64,000 nt of DNA from Octopus vulgaris. Lineage: Eukaryota. The DNA lies in NCBI GenBank assembly GCA_951406725.2, contig OX597817.1:95914001-95978000 (forward strand), in the 5' to 3' direction. How positions within the stretch are numbered: position 1 is the first letter of the stretch; each line of letters begins with the position of its first letter. This document shows, one piece after another, positions 12,733-25,689 of the stretch. A program made the position numbers and the translations under genes. The notes beneath the pieces are model-generated. The model did no database searches. It saw nothing but the letters and a program-made list of their open reading frames with translations, and was not told where the DNA came from.

Positions 12733-12847
12733 AGACTATGGATAATTAAATTATAAGTTATTGTTGTTATTGTGCATCGTTGTGCCATTCAAGACACATT
12801 ATATTTTACAAACAATACGCAATGCTTCAAGCGAGCTACAATACACT

Positions 12848-12924
<77 letters not shown>

Positions 12925-13677
12925 ATGTGTGTGTTTATATTATACATATATACGCATATGTACATATATATATGCAAACGTATAAATATATACTCACTCA
13001 GATATATTCAGATTTTACATATAGGTGGACATGTACATGCCTATGTAAATATACATATTAAGATATGCATCCCTAGATTTATACAGATATGCATACATAT
13101 CTGTGTGTGTATATACTTACCAAAATATAGACGTAAATATAAGTGCGCGCACGCACACACACGCACACACACACGCACAAATACATACCTATACATATAG
13201 CAAATATTTATACGGAATCATAGAAGCATAATTGTATAAGCAAATACCTGATCCATAATGTTAAACAGTAAACAGTTCTATTTTAACCTGCCAATTGGAT
13301 TATAAAAATAAAGTTAATGAATCATGCATAAAATAAAAGGGATATAACATCTAAGATAGATGCAAACAGGAGTGCGATGTTTTGAGGTGTAGAATTATAG
13401 AGCCAAGGCGGTCATTAGAGGGTAACAACTTCAATAATATATTAAAATAGTTCAGGCATTAAATATGGGTATAAAAGATTGGAATGTTATACATCAATGT
13501 GTAAGAAGTATTTTTACAAATAACAGAATGTTGAATATGGTCTAGTATTCATTATCTACCTCATTATCTATCACTTAGTTGAGACCAAATTATAGTTAAC
13601 CAAGCTAGGGAATTGTCGAATTGCTTTGATCTAAATTACAAAGCTTATTAATGTAGGTGTAATAGTTAAGTGTAAGT

Positions 13678-14640
13678 TTAGGTATATTTAGCATATACGA
13701 ACGATTTGTATTTAAGGTGCTGGCATCTTACAATCAATTCATCATACAGATTAATAATATTCAATGCAATTTTATTAATATGAAATGCCTCAGATACACA
13801 GAGCCCACACCAACCATCGCCACCTTTATATGGTTGTGCATTACATATAAAAAAAAAACAAGTAATTATAAATTCAATCCTATTACCAGTGAGAGAAGGT
13901 ACGAATTTAGTTAGAGATGTACAATTATCATTATGTCTAAATGCAGATTTGTGGTTTTTCCAGCGAAGGTTCAATGAGGAAGAGTACGCACCAATATAAA
14001 CTTGTTATTTGCCAAGTGCAGTGATAGAGAACATACACATTACATTTTTTCTAAGGCACTTGTTATCAACGGAGCACAATGATTAGCCTGAAAGAGCAAG
14101 ATTAGCCTGATTATTAGTATGTATGATGGGTTTAGCTTGACTATCAGTAATAGTATTATTATTGAAATCAGGTACTTCATTATGTCGATTATTTGCAGTA
14201 GATTCTGTACTGTGGTTTTTTAGGTGACTAGGATTTGTAGCATTAGATGGACGGTCAGATCCTTTATATATATATATATATGTATAACAAGTTGCACAGT
14301 TTAATTTACTACGGCTAAATTTTGTTATACATTCAGCAATATTAGGCATGGTAAAGCACGCCAGTTTAACCGTATGTTTATTGTAGATTTTATGATACGG
14401 GCTAGAGTAAGGGAAATGTTTATCTAAGGCTTGAAAAAATGTTCTAGCCATATTAGAAGCAAAATTTAGACTGAAGATGGTGGCGGGGGGGGGGGGTCAC
14501 AAGATATTGTTACGCAAACTATTTTTGTTCTTTTAATGTTTTTAAAGCTTATTCGGGTTAGATGTAGTGGGGCCTAAAGAAATTTGACTATTATGGCAAT
14601 TATTCGCAATCATATCTGATTTAACCATACGACTACTAAT
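13678..14640 (-). mobile_element. Penelope-like element 3' portion (Neptune-type linker + GIY-YIG)
   Basis: FFQALDKHFPYSSPYHKIYNKHTVKL, YIGAY, LRWKNHKSAFRH, AQPYKGGDGWCGLCVSEAFHI. Confidence 0.88.
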
Positions 14641-14695
14641 TATATTATATCAATAATAATAATAATAATAATTGCTCTGATGCAGTACCAGGCAG

Positions 14696-16406
14696 ATTGC
14701 TTGGAAAAAGTATGGCGAATTGGAGGACGGACCTGACAGCATACAGAAGTTTAGGGACAGTAGAAATTAGGAAGGGGATCTTCCAAGGGGACTGCCTGTC
14801 GTCACTGATATTGGTACTGTGCTTGATACCACTGACACTGATTCTGAGGAAAGCAAAAGCTGGGTATGTATTCAAAAGCCGCCAACAAAAAGTCAACCAT
14901 TTGTTATTCATGGATGACCTCAAACTTTATGGTAAAGATGAATCCCAAGTCAGTTCCCTCGTTGATACGGTGTATACCTTCAGTGCTGATATCAGAATGT
15001 AGTTCGGACTGAGAAAGTGTGGTGTGTTAGTGTTGAAGAGAGGCAAAATCAAATGTATGGACGGAGTCAAGATACCGTCGGAGTAGGTTATGTAGCAGAT
15101 AGAAGAGACGGGCTAAGTACTTGGGGATTTTGGAAATTGATAAATTGATAGAGAAAGCAATGACAGAAAAATATAAGGTGGAGTACTTACGCAGACTGAG
15201 ACTGATCCTTAAATCGAAATTAAACAGAAGGAATACGATCGAAAATAACGACATCTGGGCGGTTTCATTCCTTAGTTATGGAGTAGGAGCAAACGTATGG
15301 ACAGTAGACGAACTAAACAGCTTAGACAGAAAGACAAGGAAGTTGCTAACTAGATATGAGTCACTCCACCCAAAAAGTAACACAGACGGACTGCATGTAC
15401 CAAGAAAAAGAGGGGTGAGAGGATTTATCGGATGCGAACACAGCATTAGAGCAGAAGAAAACGACATAGCATGGCATGTAAAAAATGCCACGGAACCGCT
15501 ATTATTAGATGTAGGAAGGTCGGGCTTGTGTGGGATGAAAGATTGCAAGATAAATCAGTGCACAAGAAATTGAAAACGAATGAAACTGAAAATAGGTGGG
15601 TAAAGAAAAGAATGCATGGTCAATTTCATAGGGACAAAGGAAAAAGATGGCTATGGATGACTAAAAGTGATTTAAAACCAGAAACGGAGGCTCTAATCTG
15701 TGCTAAGAACAAACTACATAAAATACAGAATGGACAACACATCAGAAAGTGATAAGTGCAGAATCTGTGGACAAAACGTTGAAACCGTATGGTATATTAC
15801 CAGCCAATGAGCGCCACTAGCTCAGAAGCAATATAAGAGACGCCACGACAATATAGCCATACTTATCCATTGGACATTTTGTAACAAGTATGGACTTCAC
15901 AGAGAAAAGTTTTGTACGACCGCAAACTTGAAGGCATTGTCGAAAATAGAAATGCAAAGATCCTATGGGATTTTATTATTTAGTGCGACCATGAGATTGA
16001 GAATAGGAAGCTGGACATAGTCTTAATTGATAAAGAAAGCAAACTATGCTGGATTATAGACATAACATGCTCAGTGGACAATAAGGCATGCGATAAGGAA
16101 GAAAGAAAGAAAAGTCGAGAGACATTACAAGTTAGCTTGGGAAGTTAAGCAGTTGTGGTCGATGAAAAAGGTAGTAGTAGTATCAATAATTTTCGGAGCC
16201 CTGGGAACAGTGAGCAAAAATCTCGAGAAGTACGTGGAACAAATAGGGGCTGCAGTAAGGGTGGAGCACTCGCAGAAAACAGCACTGCTTAGAACCGCTC
16301 GAATACTCCAGAAGTTGCTCGAAAAATAAGAGGTGTTACCTTAGTTCACTGTTAGTGAACAGCTGACATTGTAGTACATCTCCAGCGTTAGAAACTGTGC
16401 AAAGGC
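14696..16406 (+). mobile_element. R4/Dong-type retrotransposon (family B), 5'-truncated and degenerate
   Basis: KGIFQGDCLS, HLLFMDDLKLYGK, LKPETEALICA, CRICGQ, RRHDNI, RLE region; ends in an AAC/AAT tract. Confidence 0.9.
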
Positions 16407-16427
16407 AACAATAATAACAATAAGAAT

Positions 16428-17625
16428 ACTTTCTTCATTGGCAACAAGAGCCCACACAAAAAAAAAACAATAGAACATTACACAGAACTAACACGGGACG
16501 GTGAGGTTTAGACGATGCCTGTAAATAGTAAATAAACAAAAACAATTAACAATAGGATTCAAACAATTACATTCCTCCAGTAGGGAGGAAATCTAAATAG
16601 GAGCGTCCAAGGGAACCACACATATCATGGACACCCTGATCACACAGGGTGCCTCAGGCAAGCACCCCTATCCTCTTCAACATCTCCAGCCTACAAGTGC
16701 ACACATAGTGTAGGTCCATTCACACAGGCCATCCTCACCACATTCACCCACCTTTCAACGAACTTTCTGGGCGACAACACATCCCTCTTCACCCTCATCT
16801 TCCTTTTCAGGTGGAACCTGAAAAAGTTCATGAGTCAATGGCCGAAGAGGAAAGTACTTGTCTTCAACCCTATCAGACGCGTCCATCACACAACCTCTTT
16901 CAGCATAACCACCAGAGAAAACCTGCCTGACCTTCCCGGCCAAAGGAAGGTAGCGGGGCGATCTTCAGAATGGACTCGGACGGTAATCGGATCCGTCTCA
17001 CACGCGACAACAGCTGTTCGACAAAGCTCCACAAGTCAGTAATACCCAGGCAGGTAGAGCCCTCCACTTCCTGTAGCACTGCCATTTCAAGGATTTCTGG
17101 AAATTATCCATGGGCCCCGGTCCGAACTAATCATACGGAACACCCAAATATTCCTCCAGAATGTCGTCGCTCTTTCCCTCCCCCAATCCCCTATAGAACG
17201 CCATGGGGGGGGACTTCCACAGACCGTATTGCCCAACTGGCCAAGAGATGTGAGCGCTTGGAGACTCTCTCAGTGTCAAACGCCCAGTCTCGGTCTACGC
17301 AAGATCCAGGGCTGTCGCTCCGTCAAAAAGATAAGCAACGGCAAAGTGCGTTTAACAAACGGCGCCCACACCTGTTCACCGATAACGTATCGTTGGAGAT
17401 GTTGCAACCTCACCGTATGCCTGCGCGTCATTAGCCACAGCATCCCCAGACATCCATGCAACGGTCAGGCGGTAATAGATGACGGATGCAATGTACGCAT
17501 TTGCCACTACCGCCCGACCTTTCAGGGACAGCTTTTTCTCATCCCATTTCTGGGTAAGATTGCTCACCCTGCTTGTGACCTCTTCCTAGTTCTTACCCAC
17601 TTGGAGATCTGGACCAAACCAGGGC
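16428..17625 (-). mobile_element. Tx1/L1-clade LINE 3' fragment (degenerate)
   Basis: KLSLKGRAVVANAYIASVIYYRLTV, WLMTRRHTVRLQHL; homologous to 19340-20770. Confidence 0.88.
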
Positions 17626-17707
17626 CCGCATTTTATCTAGCGTGCTAACGATTCTGCCACCTCGCCACTTTATCATCATCGTTAATAATAATAATAATAA
17701 TAATAAT

Positions 17708-19150
17708 AACAGGATCGAAGCGATCAATGCTTTAGCCATACCAGTTGTGACTTACAGTTTCAATATCGTTAACTGGTCAATTACTGAAATATGTAATCTT
17801 GACAGAAAAATTCGAAAACTGTTGACAATGCATAGAATGCACCACCCTAAGGCAGATACAGAACGACTTTATCTGCCAAGAAAAGAGGGAGGCCGTGGAC
17901 TTTTACAACTGGCAATAACAATGAAGATTGCTACAATTGGCCTAGACACCTACCTGAAAAACTCTGAGGACTGGATGTTAAAACTTGTCTCAAAACATGA
18001 AAACAAGAAAGCATCATACTCAGTAACAAAACAGGCAAAGGGATATCTAAGTGAATTCCGAATACAACAAATTTAGGAATTAGAGATAGACATACAAGAA
18101 ACAGGCACAGAAAAAGCTAAGCGCATGAAAACCCGTGCTAAATCTGCGGCCTTAGATATTCTGAATGTTAAATGGCAAGAAAAACCTCTCTATGGCAAAT
18201 ACCCAAAGAGAGCAAATAATGCAGATGTTGACAAAGCCCTGACCCATCAATGGCTAATGGCCTCTGGCTTAAAATCTGAAACAGAGGGGTTTATCATAGC
18301 AGCTCAAGATCAATGCCTACCAACAAGAAACTACCAGGCCAACATATTAAAGATCAGAAGCAGTCCAACGTGTCGTGTATGCCAGCAACAAAATGGAACC
18401 ATTGACCATGTGGTTTCCAAGTGCAGTCTTCTAGCGCCTACAGAGTATCTCAACAGACACGATAGAGCTGCACAATATATTCACTGGGTAATCTGCAAAA
18501 ACCTGGATCTGCCCCATGAAAAAAACTGGTGGGAACACAAACCAAGCCCAGTGCTTGAAAATGACCACATCTCACTCCTCTGGAACTTCACCATTCAAAC
18601 TGACAGAAAGATATATGCAAATAGGCCAGACATCATATTGAAAGACTTCAAACAAAGAACATGCCTCCTCATTGATATGACTGTCCCAATCGATATAAAC
18701 GTCAAGACCTATCAAAAACTGAGCAAATATAAAGATTCTTGAAATAGAAATCAGCAAAATGTGGAACCTGAAGACTAAAACAATACCTGTTGTCATAGGT
18801 GCCCTGAGAATGATAGCAAAAGGGGCTGATAGCTACCTAACTCAGATACCAGGAAACCCAAAAATGGCAGAAATTCAAAAGATAGTGCTCATGGGAACTG
18901 CTCATATCCTACGCAAAATACTTTCTATGTAATCTCAAGGTTTAAAACAAACATAATTTTCGGTTTTTAAAAGAGAAAAAAAAAAATTCTTTTTTTTTTT
19001 TTAGACATTCATTAGTACAACACCAAAAACTCCCCCCCCCCCAATATATGGCACACTAGGCATAACAACATGAACTTCCAACTCTCTTGAGGTCTCTGGG
19101 TGAGACTTGGAGCCAACTTGTACAAATATAAAGCAAAACTCAAACATAGA
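17708..19150 (+). mobile_element. R4/Dong-type retrotransposon (family C), 3' half with 3' UTR
   Basis: RLYLPRKEGGRGL, LKSETEGFIIAAQDQ, CRVC..TIDHVVSKC, RHD, RPDIILKD..IDMTVP, KLSKYKD; flanked by (AAT)n. Confidence 0.92.
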
Positions 19151-19201
19151 ATAATAATAATAATAATGATGATGATGATGATGATGACGATGATGATGAT
19201 G

Positions 19202-19307
<106 letters not shown>

Positions 19308-20013
19308 CAACAACAATAATAATAATAATAATAATAATAATTAATTCTTTTTATTGGCCACAAGGGCTGACACACATGATTAGTAAACATAAAGGGACAA
19401 AACAGGACGAAAGGTTACAAAGGGTTTTGTCCGTTTTTGAAAAAATCCGAGTAAAAACTGTTTAACAACGAAAGATTATAACAATGAAAAAACTCCCAAT
19501 AGGGGGAGGCGCTTCGAAAGGTTCCTGGTGGAAAAAAACCCCATAAAAGCCAACGGGAGCCTGGTCAAAAGGGGGGTAGAGAGCCCCTTTCTCCTTTTAT
19601 AAAACCTTTTTCAATCACAGGCGAAACCTGAGAATTGGTCCATTTATACTGGCCATTCTCGCACAATTCACCCACCTTTCAGAAAACTTGCTATCGGACA
19701 GCACTCTCCTCTCTAACCTCATCTTCCTTTTCAAGTGAAACTTGAAAAAGTTGATGAGGCCTTGACCAAAGAGGAAAGTGTCTGACTTTAGCCCTTTCAA
19801 ACGGGTCCACCATACAATCTCTTTCGCCACAGCCACTAGGCACAGGAAAACGGCCTCGCCCTCCTTGTTAAAGGAGGTCGGCGGGGCAATCTTCACTATG
19901 GATTCGGCTGATAGCCGGATCCGTCCTATACGCGACAGTAGCTGTTCGACATAAACCCATAGTTCAGCAATACTCGGGCACTGGACGAGTGCGTGCAGAA
20001 CGGTTTCGTCGTT

Positions 20014-22132
20014 CTAGCAACACCTCGGGCATGCCCGGCTGACGGCACTTCCGTGCCGATAGAGTTTATCCCGAACAGGCAGAGCCCCTCGGTAGCACTG
20101 CCAAGCGAGCGACCTCTGGAAATTATCCATTGGCCCCGGCCCGAAAGTCCTTCCGAACAGACCGCTCAGTTCGTTATCATCAACGCCTAGAGTTTCCCCG
20201 AGAACGTCGTCGCATTTTTCCTCCACTAACCTTCTATAGAATGCTAGAGTGGAACTAAAACCGATCGCATTGCCCGCCCGGCGGAGGGCGGAGAGAGCTT
20301 GATGGCACTCGAGGTGCCAAGCGCCCTTTCTTGGTCTACGTTTGATCCAGGTCTGCAGCTCTGTCAAAGAGACGAGCTGCGGAAAGTCGCGTCTGACAAA
20401 AGACGACCACACCTGATCACCGTCTAGGAAACGCTTGAGATGTCGCAGCCTGAGTGCATGTCTGCGCATCAGTAACCACGGCATGCCAAGGCCTCCGTTC
20501 AGCGGTCGTTGACAGCAGATGGATCGCCTGACCAGTGGCACCTGACCCTTCCACAAAAAGTTGAAGAGCAGGCGTACCAGCTTGGCCAACCAGCGGTTGG
20601 GACAAGGGACAACGGTCAAGCGGTAATAGATGACGGATGCGATGTATGCATTCGCCACCTCCGCTCGACCTTTCAGAGACAGCTTCCTCTCGGCCCATTT
20701 CTGGGTGAGACGTGCCACCCTGCTCGTCACTTCTTCCCAGTTTTTATCCACCTGGAGGTCCGGACCGAACCGGACCCCGAGCAGTTTAAAGGGTCCGTCT
20801 GTCCAGCGCCGTACGACGCTGTTGGACGGCATGGGCTTGCCTCTCCAGGTGCCCAGTTGCAAGCCCACAGACTTTTTCGCGTTAATCTTTGCCCCTGTCA
20901 CCGCTTCGTACTCGTTTAGTGTCTCGCCAATCAGGCCAATGTGCCTGTGGCTCGACACCATCACGGTGACGTCGTCGGCATTGGCAGACATGCTGTTTCC
21001 GCCTCCTAGATCGCGCGGGATACCCCTCAAAGCCTCCAACTTGCGCAGTAATAGCTCGAGAGTCAATATGTACAAGAGGGAGGAGAGAGGGCATCCTTGG
21101 CGGACCGAACGCGAGATGTCAAACGGTTCCGAAAAGTGACTGTTCACCCGTATCACCGAGCAGATGTTGCTGTATAAAGCAGCGATCCACCCGCGGAAGA
21201 CTGGACCGAAGCCGGCTGCCTTGAGAACAGCTGCCAGGTACCGATGGTCGACCCTATCAAAGGCTTCACTCTGATCTAAGTTGATCAAAGCCCCACCCGC
21301 GCCAGCGTCGTTACCCACCCTCTCTATGATGTAGCGCATGAGATGGAGGTTGTCGTGTATCGACCTGGTCGGCACGCCGCATGTCTGCGTCTTGCCGACC
21401 AGCTTGTCCACGACAAGCGCCAATCTCTTGGCTAGCACCTTGGCCAAAATCTTCAACTCTGCATTGAGCAGAGTGATGGGCCGAAAATTCCCTATAATGT
21501 CCCCCTTGTTTGGGTCCTTTTTTAGCAAAGCCCCCATCCCCCCGACAGACAAAAGCAGGAATTCTCCCGTTTTGCTGCCAGTTGCAGTAGACGTTTGCCA
21601 ACAGGCCCGCAAACAAGTCTGGCATTGAAGTGTAAAGCTCGTAGGGCAGACCATCCAAACCCGGCGATCTACCTCTCGTGCAACTCTTCATCGCTTCCTC
21701 CACTTCCCAGGCAGATATCGGTCCTTCGCAGCACTCTGCCTCGCTGTCCGAGAGTTGCGGTAGGCCGTCCAGGTACACACCGAAGTCTGCACCATTGTGC
21801 GTTCCACCGCTCGTCTCAAACAGTTGAGCAAAGTACCGCTGAAACACCGTACACATCTGCTTCGGTTCAGTAAACTCGCGCCCGTTCTGGTCCACCAAAG
21901 ACCGAATGGTTGCTTTGTTGCCTCGCTTCGCCTCCGCCACGCGAGCCCATCGAGCGGCTCTAGTCCCCTCCCCGCTTAGCGAACGTGCCTTAGCTCTGAC
22001 AACGCAGCCTTCGTGTTTAGCGTCAAAGTGTTGGTCGAGGGCCAACCTTGCCGCCAACACGTCGGTCGCGATGCCAGTGTCAAGAGCCTCGTCTAGTTTC
22101 TTAACTAAATCTCGCTCTCTTCCTACGTTCAA
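20014..22132 (-). pseudogene. Tx1 ORF2 reverse transcriptase (frameshifted)
   Basis: SPGLDGLPYELY, NFRPITLLNAELKIL, LDQSEAFDRV, RQGCPLS, ANADD, CPRC. Confidence 0.92.
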
Positions 22133-23042
22133 TAGCTAGAGTCTTACTAAATCTAATCGACTCTACTCTAATTGCTCTCTTGAGGGCAAACCACCAGTTG
22201 TTGTTGATGATTGCCCCCGTGAGCGCCCGCTTAACTAGTAAACTAATCCGGTCTCTGTAAGCTTTGCACGCCGTTAACGACGCGTTCAGCTTCCAGTATC
22301 CGGGTCCCTGTCTATGTAGCCTATCTAAGTCGACCGTACAGATCACGAATTTGTGGTCCGTGTAGTCGACTAGGTGGAATTGTGGATACCCTATGCTGTC
22401 CTTATCCACTGGCCTACAAAACACTCTATCTAAGTACGATCTAGACGACCCGATGCGATTGATCCAAGTCCACATTGGCACATTCGGGTTGTTTAGTCGA
22501 AACCTGTCGGACAGCTGAAAGCGTCCGAGTAGGTTGGCGAGGCTCTTGCACCCTCTTCTCCTATCAGACGCTCCCCTGCCCACCCGATCGAAACGTTCGT
22601 CTAAGACAGCGTTCCAATCCCCAACTAGCACTAGAGTGCGTGACGTTCCCAGGAAAACTTCCAGACGTTTGAAATAATCCGACTGCCCTGCTCCTGTCGG
22701 AGCGTAGGCAGCCAGCAGTCTGAAAGCACCGCCGTCACTACCGTCTACGTCGAGGACCACTAACTTACTTTCCGGATCCAGGAAGACTGTCCTTATTTTC
22801 AAGTCCAGGCCCTTCCGAAACAACATCGCAGTACCACCACCGCCCGCTCCCGGCCGACACGGAAATAGAAATATCTCGTATCCGCCGAAAAGGGCTGCGA
22901 GTTCCTGCGGGTCGGAGAGCCTGGTTTCACTGATGGCTGCTACATCCACATCATGAAACCTCAGGTCGTTTAACAGGTGACTCTGTTTCCAAGGTGACCC
23001 GAGGCCTCTCACATTCAAGCAACCGATTCTAAGTTTTGTCAT
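22101..23042 (-). pseudogene. Tx1 ORF2 APE endonuclease domain
   Basis: LNVRGL, SETR, YAP, GDWN, WTW, SYLDR, TDH and GPGYWKLN motifs. Confidence 0.92.
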
Positions 23043-23148
23043 GTTTCAAAGGTGGAAAAAAAAATAAAAGGAGAAAAAGGCTCTACGTACTGTTGTTGGT
23101 GGTGGGAGTGGCTCCCTTGTGCTTTTGCACGGGTGCTTCGATTATATT

Positions 23149-23806
23149 TTAATAAAGTTTCTTTGAGAAACTTTTCCCTAGCGATTCGACATCGTTAGGG
23201 AATATTTGTTTTATTTCACCATATGTTTTTTGATTGATTTTTATTGTGAGAATGTGTGCTGGTGGTGTGTTGTGTGTTGATATAACGAAATCTTCAATTT
23301 GTGTACTTGTATTGTCTTTTAGATATGTAACTAGTTTTTCATTTTTTGTGTTTATTGCTGTAATCGTGTCTGTTGGTGTTGGTGTGTGCGGCAGTGGCAG
23401 TAGTGGCGTCGAAAGTGTTGTTGTGAGTGTGTGTTGTTGTTGTTGTTGATGATGTTGTGTGTCCTTTTGTTTTTTCCTCCTTTTCTTCTTTGGAGGCACT
23501 GTGTGCCATTCCCCTTTCTCGGTATCAGTGCTCGCACAATCCGAGCTGTCCTGATCCGGAAAGGGGATGGCTGTCAGCAGGGCGAAGGATTTTTGTTGGT
23601 TCTGCTGGTAGCGGTGGTGTTGCTGTGTCTATTGGTGATGATGACAGTGTTGGTGTTTCTCCTTGTTTCTTGTTGTCGTTTTTCTTGGTGCTGGGGTTGG
23701 TGTTGGTTTGGTGGTTGTTGTTGGAGGTGGTGTCGTTCGTCGTGGTGGTGGTGATGGTGTTGGTGATGTGGCAGCCTTTGGTGTTTCGTGCTGTTGTTGT
23801 TGTTTC

Positions 23807-23840
<34 letters not shown>

Positions 23841-24487
23841 GCTGCTGCTGCCTCTTGTTGAATGCCTCCATTCTTTTTTGTGAATGGGGCAGTCCTTCTT
23901 CAGGTGGTTTTCGCTACTGCAGAGGTAACATTTTGGCTTTCGCCCCTCCACAGTAACGTGCAGCTTGGTTCCGTCTGGTAAAATGACTGAGTCAGGTATG
24001 GCATTAATGTTTTCCTGCTGGATTTGTACCAGCAGTTGAATACCCATACCTGACCAGTTCTTCTCTCTTACCCTTCGAACATCTAGAATAGTGGCAGTGT
24101 CCTCTATGTCATAGAGGACAGCCGCCACCAGCCATGATATACTGAGTTCGGGGGGGGTATTATATTAATTTTAATTTTTTGTACTTTCCGCCCAAGGTAT
24201 GATGGGACCAGAAAGAAATTTTCATTTTGCAAGGGCGAAATGGCATGCGCCCTTGCATCGTCTTCCGTTGGGAAGCGAACCTCCACCGTCCCGTAACACT
24301 TCCCTCTTGTGACATAGCTCTTTTTGACCCATATGGGTTTAAGAGCCATTTCCAATTGTTGATGTGTTGCATTAGTTATTTTTTTGGTTTTCTTGTCGAA
24401 AACTTTATAAATTATAGTTTTTTTTGTTTCGTTTATGAGTTGTTGAGGTGTATTGAGGAAGACACTATTTTCCTCTTTTTTCAACAA
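23149..24487 (-). pseudogene. Tx1 ORF1 (RRM-like region + CX2CX4HX4C knuckle, CAA-repeat region)
   Basis: VTVEGRKPKCYLCSSENHLKKDCP; frameshifted pieces 24104-24487, 23574-24128, 23149-23499. Confidence 0.8.
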
Positions 24488-24669
24488 CCCCTTTGCAGAT
24501 TTTATTTCGTCAAATGTAATTTCAATTTGTTCTGTGTCTTGTTTTGTGATGGAAGCAAAATTGCTATGGTGGTTTGTTGTGTTGTTGCTGGTGGTGTTGT
24601 CGGTGATGCTGTTTGTTATTTTCTTTTCTTCTTTTTCCCCTACTGTTGCACTTATGGAATGAAGAGAAT

Positions 24670-25612
24670 GTTTTCATGTTTTGAGACAAGTTTTAAAATC
24701 CAGTCCTCAGAGTTTTTCAGGTAGGTGTCTAGGCAAATTGTAGCAATCTTCATTGTTATTGCCAGTTGTAAAATTCCACGGCCTCCCTCTTTTCTTGGCA
24801 GATAAAGTCGTTCTATATCTGCCTTAGGGTGAATGCATTGTCAACAGTTTTCATATTTTTCTGTCAAGATTACATATTTCAGTAATTGACCAGTTAACGA
24901 TATTGAAACTGTAAGTCACAACTGGTATGGCTAAAGCATTGATCGCTTCGATCCTGTTTCTCGCATTCAGCTCTGTCTTGAGTATTGCTTTTACTCTGCG
25001 ATAACATTCTCTCCTGGTCTGTTCCTTCATCACTGAATGCCTTATTCCGTCCCCTTCAATTACCCCTAGGTACTTGTAGCTCTCCGCTGGGTCTAACTCT
25101 ATTATGACATTCTGCTGGTCAAGGTTAACGTTAGATGTTTCTGTCATTTTTCCTTTGATAAAGGTAGCTTTTGCACATTTATCGAGACAAAATTGCATTC
25201 TGATGTCATCACTGAATTGTTGAACAATCGCTAGTAAGCCCTTGAGTTGTTGGTCATTTTTTGCAAAAAGCTTTAAATCATCCATGTAAATGAGATGATT
25301 TATATTTTTATCAAACATTTTATACCCGTACTGCGCGTCATTGAGCAATTTTGAGAGAGGTATTATGGCTAAACAAAAGAGGAGTGGTGATAGTGAGTCA
25401 CTCTGGAAAATGCCACATGAAATTTTTACATCACCAGCATTTATAGATTCATTGTCACTGTTCAAAGTTAGTGTGGTTCTCCATGATCTCATACTTACAG
25501 ACAAAAAGTTTCGCAGAGTAGGTGCTATTTTATACATTTCCAGGCATTTCTTAATCCCGCTATGTGGTAGGCTATCAAAAGCCTTTTTATAGTCTATCCA
25601 GGCTATTGACAA
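24670..25612 (-). mobile_element. R4/Dong family C RT core fragment
   Basis: AWIDYKKAFDS, GIFQSDSLSPLLF, HLIYMDDLKLFAK; overlaps in sequence with 17708-18003. Confidence 0.92.
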
Positions 25613-25686
<74 letters not shown>

Positions 25687-25689
25687 AAA

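Larger units (their letters stand above)
11577..12807 (+). mobile_element. 5'-truncated Penelope-like element with inverted pseudo-LTR pair (11577-11948 / 12459-12807)
   Basis: ~350-bp diverged inverted repeats flank a GIY-YIG region (CTLANCQIRDTDLCQRVNIVYRILYNKCNKFY, RIKEHL). Confidence 0.85.
19340..24670 (-). mobile_element. Near full-length Tx1/L1-clade LINE (ORF1 + ORF2, a few frameshifts)
   Basis: ORF1 with CCHC knuckle; ORF2 with APE endonuclease, RT and C-terminal zinc motif; 3' end abuts the (AAT)n tract. Confidence 0.93.
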
